This document shows, piece by piece, positions 39,201 through 53,300 of a DNA stretch of 64,000 bases; position 1 is the first letter of the stretch, and each line of letters begins with the position of its first letter. A program made the translations under genes and the position numbers. The notes beneath the pieces were generated by a model that saw only the letters and a list, made by a program, of their open reading frames with translations, made no database searches and was not told the origin of the DNA. The DNA is from the human T2T-CHM13v2.0 reference genome, Homo sapiens: the NCBI RefSeq assembly GCF_009914755.1, contig NC_060925.1. One strand, 5' to 3'.

Positions 39201-40200
39201 GACTTGAAACACTCTTTTTGTGGAATTTGCAAGTGGAGATTTCAGCCGCTTTGAGGTCAATGGTAGAAAAGGAAACTATCTTCATATAAAGACTAGACAG
39301 AATGATTCTCAGAAACTCCTTTGTGATGTGTGTGTTCAACTCACAGAGTTTAACCTTTCTTTTCATAGAGCAGTTAGTAAACACTCTGTTTATAAAGTCT
39401 GCAAGTGGATATTCAGACCCCTTTGAGGCCTTCGTTGGAAACGGGATTTCTTCATATTATGCTAGACAGAAGAATTCTCAGTAACTTCCTTGTGTTGTGT
39501 GTATTCAACTGACAGAGTTGAACTTTCTTTTAGAGAGAGCAGATTTGAAACACTGTTTTTGTGGAATTTGCAACTGGAGATTTCAAGCGCTTTGGGGCCA
39601 AAGGCAGAAAAGGAAATATCTTCGTATAAAAACTAGACAGAATCATTCTCAGAAACTGCTGCGTGATGTGTGCGTTCAACTATCAGAGTTTAACTTTTCT
39701 TTTCATTCAGCGGTTTGGAAACACTCTGTTTGTAAAGTCTGCACGTGGATATTTTGACCACTTAGAGGCCTTCGTTGGAAACGGGTTTTTTTCATGTAAG
39801 GCTAGACAGAAGAATTCCCAGTAACTTCCTTGTGTTGTGTGCATTCAACTCACAGAGTTGAACGTTCCCTTAGACAGAGCAGATTTGAAACGCTCTATTT
39901 GTGCAATTTGCAAGTGTAGATTTCAAGCGCTTTAAGGTCAACGGCAGAAAAGGAAATATCTTCGTTTCAAAACTAGACAGAATCATTCCCACAAACTGCG
40001 TTGTGATGTGTTCGTTCAACTCACAGAGTTTAACCTTTCTGTTCATAGAGCAGTTAGGAAACACTCTGTTTGTAAAGTCTGTAAGTGGATATTCTGACAT
40101 CTTGTGGCCTTCGTTGGAAACGGGATTTCTTCATATTCTGCTAGACAGAAGAATTCTCAGTAACTTCCTTGTGTTGTGTGTATTCAACTCACAGAGTTGA
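30291..40200 (+). repeat. Haplotype block 2: 12+6+12-mer arrangement with a 5099 bp period
   Basis: Markers aactttcttttag, gcaactggag (in B), actctttctgtgg, catgaactcc, gcgttgaac, cttcgttgaaaacggg. Core positions 31711/36810, 33751/38850 and 34771/39870 are each 5099 apart. Confidence 0.85.
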
Positions 40201-43200
40201 ACGATCCTTTACACAGAGCAGACTTGAAACACTCTCTTTGTGGAATTTGCAAGTGGAGATTTCAGCCGCTTTGAGGTCAATGGTAGAAAAGGAAACTATC
40301 TTCATATAAAGACTAGACAGAATGATTCTCAGAAAATCTTTTGTGATGTGTGCGTTCAACTCACAGAGTTTAACTTTTCTTCTCATAGAGCAGTTAGGAA
40401 ACACTCTGTTTGTAAAGTCTGCAAGTGGATATTCAGCCCTCTTTGAGGCCTTCGTTGGAAACGGGATTTCTTCATATTATGCTAGACAGAATAATTCTCA
40501 GTAACTTCCTTGTGTTGTGTGTATTCAACTCACCGAGTTGAAGGATCCTTTACAGAGAGCAGGCTTGAAACACTCTTTTTGTCGAATTTGCAAGTGGAGA
40601 TTTCAGCCGCTTTGAGGTGAATGGTAGAATAGGAAATATCTTCTTATAGAAACTAGACAGAATGATTCTCATAAACTCCTTTGTGATGTGTGCGTTCAAC
40701 TCACAGAGTTTAACCTTTCTTTTCATAGAGCAGTTAGGAAACACTCTGTTTGTAAAGTCTGCAAGTGGATATTCAGACCTCCTTGAGGCCTTCGTTGGAA
40801 ACGGGATTTCTTCATATTCTGCTAGACAGAAGAATTCTCAGTAACTTCCTTGTGTTGTGTTTATTCAACTCACAGAGTTGAATGATCCTTTACACAGAGC
40901 AGACTTGAAACACTCTTTTTGTGGAATTTGCAAGTGGAGATTTCAGCCGCTTTGAGGTCAATGGTAGAAAAGTAAATATCTTCGTATAAAGACTAGACAG
41001 AATGATTCTCAGAAACTCCTTTGTGATGTGTGCGTTCAACTCACAGAGTTTAACCTTTCTGTTCATAGAGCAGTTAGGAAACACTCTGTTTGTAAAGTCT
41101 GCAAGTGGATATTCAGACCTCCTTGAGGCCTTCGTTGGAAACGGGATTTCTTCATATTCTGCTAGACAGAAGAATTCTCAGTAACTTCCTTGTGTTGCGT
41201 GTATTCAACTCACAGAGTTGAACGATCCTTTACACAGAGCAGACTTGAAACACTCTTTTTGTGGAATTTGCAAGTGGAGATTTCTGCCGCTTTGAGGTCA
41301 ATGGTAGAAAAGGAAATATCTTCGTATAAAGACTAGACAGAATGATTCTCAGAAACTCCTTTGTGATGTGTGCGTTCAACTCACAGAGTTTAACTTTTCT
41401 TTTCATAGAGCCGTTAGGAAACACTCTGTTTGTAAAGTCTGCAAGTGGATATTCAGACCTCTTTGAGGCCTTCGTTGGAAACGGGATTTCTTCATATTAT
41501 GCTAGACAGAATAATTCTCAGTAACTTCCTTGTGTTGTGTGTATTCAACTCACAGAGTTGAAGGATCCTTTACAGAGAGCAGGCTTGAAACACTCTTTTT
41601 GTCGAATTTGCAAGTGGAGATTTCAGCCGCTTTGAGGTCAATGGTAGAATAGGAAATATCTTCTTATAGAAACTAGACAGAATGATTCTCATAAACTCCT
41701 TTGTGATGTGTGCGTTCAACTCACAGAGTTTAACCTTTCTTTTCATAGAGCAGTTAGGAAACACTCTGTTTGTAAAGTCTGCAAGTGGATATTCAGACCT
41801 CCTTGAGGCCTTGGTTGGAAACGGGATTTCTTCATATTCTGCTTGACAGAAGAATTCTCAGTAACTTCCTTGTGTTGTGTTTATTCAACTCACAGAGTTG
41901 AATGATCCTTTACACAGAGCAGACTTGAAACACTCTTTTTGTGGAATTTGCAAGTGGAGATTTCAGCCGCTTTGAGGTCAATGGTAGAAAAGGAAATATC
42001 TTCGTATAAAGACTAGACAGAATGATTCTCAGAAACTCCTTTGTGATGTGTGCGTTCAACTCACAGAGTTTAACCTTTCTGTTCATAGAGCAGTTAGGAA
42101 ACACTCTGTTTGTAAAGTCTGCAAGTGGATATTCAGACCTCCTTGAGGCCTTCGTTGGAAACGGGATTTCTTCATATTCTGCTAGACAGAATAATTCTCA
42201 GTAACTTCCTTGTGTTGTGTGTATTCAACTCACAGAGTTGAACGATCCTTTACACAGAGCAGACTTGAAACACTCTTTTTGTGGAATTTGCAAGTGGAGA
42301 TTTCAGCCGCTTTGAGGTCAATAGTAGAAAAGGAAATATCTTCATAGAAAAACTAGACAGAATGATTCTCAGAAACTCCTTTGTGATGTGTGTGTTCAAC
42401 TCACAGAGTTTAACCTTTCTTTTCATAGAGCAGTTAGTAAACACTCTGTTTATAAAGTCTGCAAGTGGATATTCAGACCCCTTTGAGGCCTTCGTTGGAA
42501 ACGGGATTTCTTCATATTATGCTAGACAGAAGAATTCTCAGTAACTTCCTTGTGTTGTGTGTATTCAACTGACAGAGTTGAACTTTCATTTGGAGAGAGC
42601 AGATTTGAAACACTGTTTTTGTGGAATTTGCAAGTGGAGATTTCAAGCGCTTTGGGGCCAAAGGCAGAAAAGGAAATATCTTCGTATAAAAACTAGACAG
42701 AATCATTCTCAGAAACTGCTGCGAGATGTGTGCGTTCAACTCTCAGAGTTTAACTTTTCTTTTCATTCAGCGGTTTGGAAACACTGTGTTTGTAAAGTCT
42801 GCACGTGGATATTTTGACCACTTAGAGGCCTTCGTTGGAAACGGGTTTTTTTCATGTAAGGCTAGAGAGAAGAATTCCCAGTAACTTCCTTGTGTTGTGT
42901 GCATTCAACTCACAGAGTTGAACGTTCCCTTAGACAGAGCAGATTTGAAACACTCTATTTGTGCAATTTGCAAGTGTAGATTTCAAGCGCTTTAAGGTCA
43001 ACGGCAGAAAAGGAAATATCTTCGTTTCAAAACTAGACAGAATCATTCCCACAAACTGCGTTGTGATGTGTTCGTTCAACTCACAGAGTTTAACCTTTCT
43101 GTTCATAGAGCAGTTAGGAAACACTCTGTTTGTAAAGTCTGTAAGTGGATATTCTGACATCTTGTGGCCTTCGTTGGAAACGGGATTTCTTCATATTCTG

Positions 43201-46200
43201 CTAGACAGAAGAATTCTCAGTAACTTCCTTGTGTTGTGTGTATTCAACTCACAGAGTTGAACGATCCTTTACACAGAGCAGACTTGAAACACTCTTTTTG
43301 TGGAATTTGCAACTGGAGATTTCAGCCGCTTTGAGGTCAATGGTAGAAAAGGAAACTATCTTCATATAAAGACTAGACAGAATGATTCTCAGAAAATCTT
43401 TTGTGATGTGTGCGTTCAACTCACAGAGTTTAACTTTTCTTCTCATAGAGCAGTTAGGAAACACTCTGTTTGTAAAGTCTGCAAGTGGATATTCAGACCT
43501 CTTTGAGGCCTTCGTTGGAAACGGGATTTCGTCATATTATGCTAGACAGAATAATTCTCAGTAACTTCCTTGTGTTGTGTGTATTCAACTCACAGAGTTG
43601 AAGGATCCTTTACAGAGAGCAGGCTTGAAACACTCTTTTTGTCGAATTTGCAAGTGGAGATTTCAGCCGCTTTGAGGTCAATGGTAGAATAGGAAATATC
43701 TTCTTATAGAAACTAGACAGAATGATTCTCATGAACTCCTTTGTGATGTGTGCGTTCAACTCACAGAGTTTAACCTTTCTTTTCATAGAGCAGTTAGAAA
43801 ACACTCTGTTTGTAAAGTCTGCAAGTGGATATTTAGACCTCCTTGAGGCCTTCGTTGGAAACGGGATTTCTTCATATTCTGCTAGACAGAAGAATTCTCA
43901 GTAACTTCCTTGTGTTGTGTTTATTCAACTCACAGAGTTGAATGATCCTTTACACAGAGCAGACTTGAAACACTCTTTTTGTGGAATTTGCAAGTGGAGA
44001 TTTCAGCCGCTTTGAGGTCAATGGTAGAAAAGTAAATATCTTCGTATAAAGACTAGACAGAATGATTCTCAGAAACTCCTTTGTGATGTGTGCGTTCAAC
44101 TCACAGAGTTTAACCTTTCTGTTCATAGAGCAGTTAGGAAACACTCTGTTTGTAAAGTCTGCAAGTGGATATTCAGACCTCCTTGAGGCCTTCGTTGGAA
44201 ACGGGATTTCTTCATCTTCTGCTAGACAGAAGAATTCTCAGTAACTTCCTTGTGTTGCGTGTATTCAACTCACAGAGTTGAACGATCCTTTACACAGAGC
44301 AGACTTGAAACACTCTTTTTGTGGAATTTGCAAGTGGAGATTTCTGCCGCTTTGAGGTCAATGGTAGAAAAGGAAATATCTTCGTATAAAGACTAGACAG
44401 AATGATTCTCAGAAACTCCTTTGTGATGTGTGCGTTCAACTCACAGAGTTTAACTTTTCTTTTCATAGAGCCGTTAGGAAACACTCTGTTTGTAAAGTCT
44501 GCAAGTGGATATTCAGACCTCTTTGAGGCCTTCGTTGGAAACGGGATTTCTTCATATTATGCTAGACAGAAGAATTCTCAGTAACTTCCTTGTGTTGTGT
44601 GTATTCAACTCACAGAGTTGAAGGATCCTTTACAGAGAGTAGGCTTGAAACACTCTTTTTGTCGAATTTGAAAGTGGAGATTTCAGCCGCTTTGAGGTCA
44701 ATGGTAGAATAGGAAATATCTTCTTATAGAAACTAGACAGAATGATTCTCATAAACTCCTTTGTGATGTGTGCGTTCAACTCACAGAGTTTAACCTTTCT
44801 TTTCATAGAGCAGTTAGGAAACACTCTGTTTGTAAAGTCTGCAAGTGGATATTCAGACCTCCTTGAGGCCTTGGTTGGAAACGGGATTTCTTCATATTCT
44901 GCTAGACAGAAGAATTCTCAGTAACTTCCTTGTGTTGTGTTTATTCAACTCACAGAGTTGAATGATCCTTTACACAGAGCAGACTTGAAACACTCTTTTT
45001 GTGGAATTTGCAAGTGGAGATTTCAGCCGCTTTGAGGTCAATGGTAGAAAAGTAAATATCTTCGTATAAAGACTAGACAGAATGATTCTCAGAAACTCCT
45101 TTGTGATGTGTGCGTTCAACTCACAGAGTTTAACCTTTCTGTTCATAGAGCAGTTAGGAAACACTCTGTTTGTAAAGTCTGCAAGTGGATATTCAGACCT
45201 CCTTGAGGCCTTCGTTGGAAACGGGATTTCTTCATATTCTGCTAGACAGAAGAATTCTCAGTAACTTCCTTGTGTTGTGTGTATTCAACTCACAGAGTTG
45301 AACGATCCTTTACACAGAGCAGACTTGAAACACTCTTTTTGTGGAATTTGCAAGTGGAGATTTCAGCCGCTTTGAGGTCAATAGTAGAAAAGGAAATATC
45401 TTCATAGAAAAACTAGACAGAATGATTCTCAGAAACTCCTTTGTGATGTGTGTGTTCAACTCACAGAGTTTAACCTTTCTTTTCATAGAGCAGTTAGTAA
45501 ACACTCTGTTTATAAAGTCTGCAAGTGGATATTCAGACCCCTTTGAGGCCTTCGTTGGAAACGGGATTTCTTCATATTATGCTAGACAGAAGAATTCTCA
45601 GTAACTTCCTTGTGTTGTGTGTATTCAACTGACAGAGTTGAACTTTCATTTGGAGAGAGCAGATTTGAAACACTGTTTTTGTGGAATTTGCAAGTGGAGA
45701 TTTCAAGCGCTTTGGGGCCAAAGAAGGCAGAAAAGGAAATATCTTCGTATAAAAACTAGACAGAATCATTCTCAGAAACTGCTGCGAGATGTGTGCGTTC
45801 AACTCTCAGAGTTTAACTTTTCTTTTCATTCAGCGGTTTGGAAACACTGTGTTTGTAAAGTCTGCACGTGGATATTTTGACCACTTAGAGGCCTTCGTTG
45901 GAAACGGGTTTTTTTCATGTAAGGCTAGAGAGAAGAATTCCCAGTAACTTCCTTGTGTTGTGTGCATTCAACTCACAGAGTTGAACGTTCCCTTAGACAG
46001 AGCAGATTTGAAACACTCTATTTGTGCAATTTGCAAGTGTAGATTTCAAGCGCTTTAAGGTCAACGGCAGAAAAGGAAATATCTTCGTTTCAAAACTAGA
46101 CAGAATCATTCCCACAAACTGCGTTGTGATGTGTTCGTTCAACTCACAGAGTTTAACCTTTCTGTTCATAGAGCAGTTAGGAAACACTCTGTTTGTAAAG

Positions 46201-49200
46201 TCTGTAAGTGGATATTCTGACATCTTGTGGCCTTCGTTGGAAACGGGATTTCTTCATATTCTGCTAGACAGAAGAATTCTCAGTAACTTCCTTGTGTTGT
46301 GTGTATTCAACTCACAGAGTTGAACGATCCTTTACACAGAGCAGACTTGAAACACTCTTTTTGTGGAATTTGCAACTGGAGATTTCAGCCGCTTTGAGGT
46401 CAATGGTAGAAAAGGAAACTATCTTCATATAAAGACTAGACAGAATGATTCTCAGAAAATCTTTTGTGATGTGTGCGTTCAACTCACAGAGTTTAACTTT
46501 TCTTCTCATAGAGCAGTTAGGAAACACTCTGTTTGTAAAGTCTGCAAGTGGATATTCAGACCTCTTTGAGGCCTTCGTTGGAAACGGGATTTCGTCATAT
46601 TATGCTAGACAGAATAATTCTCAGTAACTTCCTTGTGTTGTGTGTATTCAACTCACAGAGTTGAAGGATCCTTTACAGAGAGCAGGCTTGAAACACTCTT
46701 TTTGTCGAATTTGCAAGTGGAGATTTCAGCCGCTTTGAGGTCAATGGTAGAATAGGAAATATCTTCTTATAGAAACTAGACAGAATGATTCTCATGAACT
46801 CCTTTGTGATGTGTGCGTTCAACTCACAGAGTTTAACCTTTCTTTTCATAGAGCAGTTAGAAAACACTCTGTTTGTAAAGTCTGCAAGTGGATATTTAGA
46901 CCTCCTTGAGGCCTTCGTTGGAAACGGGATTTCTTCATATTCTGCTAGACAGAAGAATTCTCAGTAACTTCCTTGTGTTGTGTTTATTCAACTCACAGAG
47001 TTGAATGATCCTTTACACAGAGCAGACTTGAAACACTCTTTTTGTGGAATTTGCAAGTGGAGATTTCAGCCGCTTTGAGGTCAATGGTAGAAAAGTAAAT
47101 ATCTTCGTATAAAGACTAGACAGAATGATTCTCAGAAACTCCTTTGTGATGTGTGCGTTCAACTCACAGAGTTTAACCTTTCTGTTCATAGAGCAGTTAG
47201 GAAACACTCTGTTTGTAAAGTCTGCAAGTGGATATTCAGACCTCCTTGAGGCCTTCGTTGGAAACGGGATTTCTTCATCTTCTGCTAGACAGAAGAATTC
47301 TCAGTAACTTCCTTGTGTTGCGTGTATTCAACTCACAGAGTTGAACGATCCTTTACACAGAGCAGACTTGAAACACTCTTTTTGTGGAATTTGCAAGTGG
47401 AGATTTCTGCCGCTTTGAGGTCAATGGTAGAAAAGGAAATATCTTCGTATAAAGACTAGACAGAATGATTCTCAGAAACTCCTTTGTGATGTGTGCGTTC
47501 AACTCACAGAGTTTAACTTTTCTTTTCATAGAGCCGTTAGGAAACACTCTGTTTGTAAAGTCTGCAAGTGGATATTCAGACCTCTTTGAGGCCTTCGTTG
47601 GAAACGGGATTTCTTCATATTATGCTAGACAGAAGAATTCTCAGTAACTTCCTTGTGTTGTGTGTATTCAACTCACAGAGTTGAAGGATCCTTTACAGAG
47701 AGTAGGCTTGAAACACTCTTTTTGTCGAATTTGCAAGTGGAGATTTCAGCCGCTTTGAGGTCAATGGTAGAATAGGAAATATCTTCTTATAGAAACTAGA
47801 CAGAATGATTCTCATAAACTCCTTTGTGATGTGTGCGTTCAACTCACAGAGTTTAACCTTTCTTTTCATAGAGCAGTTAGGAAACACTCTGTTTGTAAAG
47901 TCTGCAAGTGGATATTCAGACCTCCTTGTGGCCTTGGTTGGAAACGGGATTTCTTCATATTCTGCTAGACAGAAGAATTCTCAGTAACTTCCTTGTGTTG
48001 TGTTTATTCAACTCACAGAGTTGAATGATCCTTTACACAGAGCAGACTTGAAACACTCTTTTTGTGGAATTTGCAAGTGGAGATTTCAGCCGCTTTGAGG
48101 TCAATGGTAGAAAAGTAAATATCTTCGTATAAAGACTAGACAGAATGATTCTCAGAAACTCCTTTGTGATGTGTGCGTTCAACTCACAGAGTTTAACCTT
48201 TCTGTTCATAGAGCAGTTAGGAAACACTCTGTTTGTAAAGTCTGCAAGTGGATATTCAGACCTCCTTGAGGCCTTCGTTGGAAACGGGATTTCTTCATAT
48301 TCTGCTAGACAGAAGAATTCTCAGTAACTTCCTTGTGTTGTGTGTATTCAACTCACAGAGTTGAACGATCCTTTACACAGAGCAGACTTGAAACACTCTT
48401 TTTGTGGAATTTGCAAGTGGAGATTTCAGCCGCTTTGAGGTCAATAGTAGAAAAGGAAATATCTTCATAGAAAAACTAGACAGAATGATTCTCAGAAACT
48501 CCTTTGTGATGTGTGTGTTCAACTCACAGAGTTTAACCTTTCTTTTCATAGAGCAGTTAGTAAACACTCTGTTTATAAAGTCTGCAAGTGGATATTCAGA
48601 CCCCTTTGAGGCCTTCGTTGGAAACGGGATTTCTTCATATTATGCTAGACAGAAGAATTCTCAGTAACTTCCTTGTGTTGTGTGTATTCAACTGACAGAG
48701 TTGAACTTTCATTTGGAGAGAGCAGATTTGAAACACTGTTTTTGTGGAATTTGCAAGTGGAGATTTCAAGCGCTTTGGGGCCAAAGAAGGCAGAAAAGGA
48801 AATATCTTCGTATAAAAACTAGACAGAATCATTCTCAGAAACTGCTGCGAGATGTGTGCGTTCAACTCTCAGAGTTTAACTTTTCTTTTCATTCAGCGGT
48901 TTGGAAACACTCTGTTTGTAAAGTCTGCACGTGGATATTTTGACCACTTAGAGGCCTTCGTTGGAAACGGGTTTTTTTCATGTAAGGCTAGACAGAAGAA
49001 TTCCCAGTAACTTCCTTGTGTTGTGTGCATTCAACTCACAGAGTTGAACGTTCCCTTAGACAGAGCAGATTTGAAACACTCTATTTGTGCAATTTGCAAG
49101 TGTAGATTTCAAGCGCTTTAAGGTCAACGGCAGAAAAGGAAATATCTTCGTTTCAAAACTAGACAGAATCATTCCCACAAACTGCGTTGTGATGTGTTCG

Positions 49201-49400
49201 TTCAACTCACAGAGTTTAACCTTTCTGTTCATAGAGCAGTTAGGAAACACTCTGTTTGTAAAGTCTGTAAGTGGATATTCTGACATCTTGTGGCCTTCGT
49301 TGGAAACGGGATTTCTTCATATTCTGCTAGACAGAAGAATTCTCAGTAACTTCCTTGTGTTGTGTGTATTCAACTCACAGAGTTGAACGATCCTTTACAC
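39870..49400 (+). repeat. Haplotype block 3: three tandem 18-mer units (3060, 3063, 3063 bp)
   Basis: Order D-E-I'-K-E-I'-A-B-C repeated three times. Markers catttggagag, gcgagatgtg, cttcatagaaaa, tttctgccg, ccttggttgg. Confidence 0.88.
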
Positions 49401-50399
49401 AGAGCAGACTTGAAACACTCTTTTTGTGGAATTTGCAACTGGAGATTTCAGCCGCTTTGAGGTCAATGGTAGAATAGGAAATATCTTCTTATAGAAACTA
49501 GACAGAATGATTCTCATGAACTCCTTTGTGATGTGTGCGTTCAACTCACAGAGTTTAACCTTTCTTTTCATAGAGCAGTTAGGAAACACTCTGTTTGTAA
49601 AGTCTGCAAGTGGATATTCAGACCTCCTTGAGGCCTTCGTTGGAAACGGTATTTCTTCATATTCTGCTAGACAGAAGAATTCTCAGTAGCTTCCTTGTGT
49701 TGTGTTTATTCAACTCACAGAGTTGAATGATCCTTTACACAGAGCAGACTTGAAACACTCTTTTTGTGGAATTTGCAAGTGGAGATTTCAGCCGCTTTGA
49801 GGTCAATGGTAGAAAAGTAAATATCTTCGTATAAAGACTAGACAGAATGATTCTCAGAAACTCCTTTGTGATGTGTGCGTTCAACTCACAGAGTTTAACC
49901 TTTCTGTTCATAGAGCAGTTAGGAAACACTCTGTTTGTAAAGTCTGCAAGTGGATATTCAGACCTCCTTGAGGCCTTCGTTGGAAACGGGATTTCTTCAT
50001 ATTCTGCTAGACAGAAGAATTCTCAGTAACTTCCTTGTGTTGCGTGTATTCAACTCACAGAGTTGAATGATCCTTTACACAGAGCAGACTTTAAACACTC
50101 TTTTTGTGGAATTTGCAAGTGGAGATTTCAGCCGCTTTGAGGTCAATGGTAGAAAAGGAAATATCTTCGTATAAAGACTAGACAGAATGATTCTCAGAAA
50201 CTCCTTTGTGATGTGTGCGTTCAACTCACAGAGTTTAACTTTTCTTTTCATAGAGCCGTTAGGAAACACTCTGTTTGTAAAGTCTGCAAGTGGATATTCA
50301 GACCTCTTTGAGGCCTTCGTTGGAAACGGGATTTCTTCATATTATGGTAGACAGAAGAATTCTCAGTAACTTCCTTGTGTTGTGTGTATTCAACTCACA

Positions 50400-53300
50400 G
50401 AGTTGAACGATCCTTTACACAGAGCAGACTTGAAACATTCTTTTTGTTGAATTTGCAAGTGGAGATTTCAGCCGCTTTGAGGTCAATGGTAGAATAGGAA
50501 ATATCTTCCTATAGAAACTACACAGAACGATTCTCAGAAACTCCTTTGTGATGTGTGCGTTCAACTCACAGAGTTTAACCTTTCTTTTCATAGAGCAGTT
50601 AGGAAACACTCTGTTTTTAAAGTCTGCAAGTGGATATTCAGACCTCTTTGAGGCCTTCGTTGGAAACGGGATTTCTTCATATTCTGCTAGACAGAAGAAT
50701 TCTCAGTAACTTCCTTGTGTTGTGTGTATTCAACTCACAGAGTTGAACGATCCTTTACACAGAGCAGACTTGAAACACTCTTTTTGTGGAATTTGCAAGT
50801 GGAGATTTCAGCCGCTTTGAGGTCAATAGTAGAAAAGGAAATATCTTCGTAGAAAAACTAGACAGAATGATTTTCAGAAACTCCTTTGTGATGTGTGTGT
50901 TCAACTCACAGAGTTTAACCTTTCTTTTCATAGAGCAGTTAGTAAACACTCTGTTTATAAAGTCTGCAAGTGGATATTCAGACCCCTTTGAGGCCTTCGT
51001 TGGAAACGGGATTTCTTCATATTATGCTAGACAGAAGAATTCTCAGTAACTTCCTTGTGTTGTGTGTATTCAACTGACAGAGTTGAACTTTCATTTAGAG
51101 AGAGCAGATTTGAAACACTGTTTTTGTGGAATTTGCAAGTGGAGATTTCAAGCGCTTTGGGGCCAAAGGCAGAAAAGGAAATATCTTCGTATAAAAACTA
51201 GACAGAATCATTCTCAGAAACTGCTGCGTGATGTGTGCGTTCAACTCTCAGAGTTTAACTTTTCTTTTCATTCAGCGGTTTGGAAACACTCTGTTTGTAA
51301 AGTCTGCACGTGGAAATTTTGACCACTTAGAGGCCTTCGTTGGAAACGGGATTTTTTCATGTAAGGCTAGACAGAAGAATTCCCAGTAACTTCCTTGTGT
51401 TGTGTGCATTCAACTCACAGAGTTGAACGTTCCCTTAGACAGAGCAGATTTGAAACACTCTATTTGTGCAATTTGCAAGTGTAGATTTCAAGCGCTTTAA
51501 GGTCAACGGCAGAAAAGGAAATATCTTCGTTTCAAAACTAGACAGAATCATTCCCACAAACTGCGTTGTGATGTGTTCGTTCAACTCACAGAGTTTAACC
51601 TTTCTGTTCATAGAGCAGTTAGGAAACACTCTGTTTGTAAAGTCTGTAAGTGGATATTCTGACATCTTGTGGCCTTCGTTGGAAACGGGATTTCTTCATA
51701 TTCTGCTAGACAGAAGAATTCTCAGTAACTTCCTTGTGTTGTGTGTATTCAACTCACAGAGTTGAACGATCCTTTACACAGAGCAGACTTGAAACACTCT
51801 TTTTGTGGAATTTGCAAGTGGAGATTTCAGCCGCTTTGAGGTCAATGGTAGAAAAGGAAACTATCTTCATATAAAGATTAGACAGAATGATTCTCAGAAA
51901 ATCTTTTGTGATGTGTGCGTTCAACTCACAGAGTTTAACTTTTCTTCTCATAGAGCAGTTAGGAAACACTCTGTTTGTAAAGTCTGCAAGTGGATATTCA
52001 GACCTCTTTGAGGTCTTCGTTGGAAACGGGATTTCTTCATATTATGCTAGACAGAATAATTCTCAGTAACTTCCTTGTGTTGTGTGTATTCAACTCACAG
52101 AGTTGAAGGATCCTTTACAGAGAGCAGGCTTGAAACACTCTTTTTGTCGAATTTGCAAGTGGAGATTTCAGCCGCTTTGTGGTCAATGGTAGAATAGGAA
52201 ATATCTTCTTATAGAAACTAGACAGAATGATTCTCATAAACTCCTTTGTGATGTGTGCGTTCAACTCACAGAGTTTAACCTTTCTTTTCATAGAGCAGTT
52301 AGGAAACACTCTGTTTGTAAAGTCTGCAAGTGGATATTCAGACCTCCTTGACGCCTTCGTTGGAAACGGGATTTCTTCATATTCTGCTAGACAGAAGAAT
52401 TCTCAGTAACTTCCTTGTGTTGTGTTTATTCAACTCACAGAGTTGAATGATCCTTTACACAGAGCAGACTTGAAACACTCTTTTTGTGGAATTTGCAAGT
52501 GGAGATTTCAGCCGCTTTGAGGTCAATGGTAGAAAAGTAAATATCTTCCTATAAAGACTAGACAGAATGATTCTCAGAAACTCCTTTGTGATGTGTGCGT
52601 TCAACTCACAGAGTTTAACCTTTCTGTTCATAGAGCAGTTAGGAAACACTCTGTTTGTAAAGTCTGCAAGTGAATATTCAGACCTCTTGGAGGCCTTCGT
52701 TGGAAACGGGATTTCTTCATATTATGCTAGACAGAAGAATTCTCAGTAACTTCCTTGTGTTGTGTGTATTCAACTCACAGAGTTGAACGATCCTTTACAC
52801 AGAGCAGACTTGAAACATTCTTTTTGTGGAATTTGCAAGTGGAGATTTCAGCCGCTTTGAGGTCAATGGTAGAATAGGAAATATCTTCCTATAGAAACTA
52901 GACAGAACGATTCTCAGAAACTCCTTTGTGATGTGTGCGTTCAACTCACAGAGTTTAACCTTTCTTTTCATAGAGCAGTTAGGAAACACTCTGTTTGTAA
53001 AGTCTGCAAGTGGATATTCAGACCTCCTTGAGGCCTTCGTTGGAAACGGGATTTCTTCATATTCTGCTAGACAGAAGAATTCTCAGTAACTTCCTTGTGT
53101 TGTGTTTATTCAACTCACAGAGTTGAATGATCCTTTACACAGAGCAGACTTGAAACACTCTTTTTGTGGAATTTGCAAGTGGAGATTTCAGCCGCTTTGA
53201 GGTCAATGGTAGAAAAGTAAATATCTTCGTATAAAGACTAGACAGAATGATTCTCAGAAACTCCTTTGTGATGTGTGCGTTCAACTCACAGAGTTTAACC

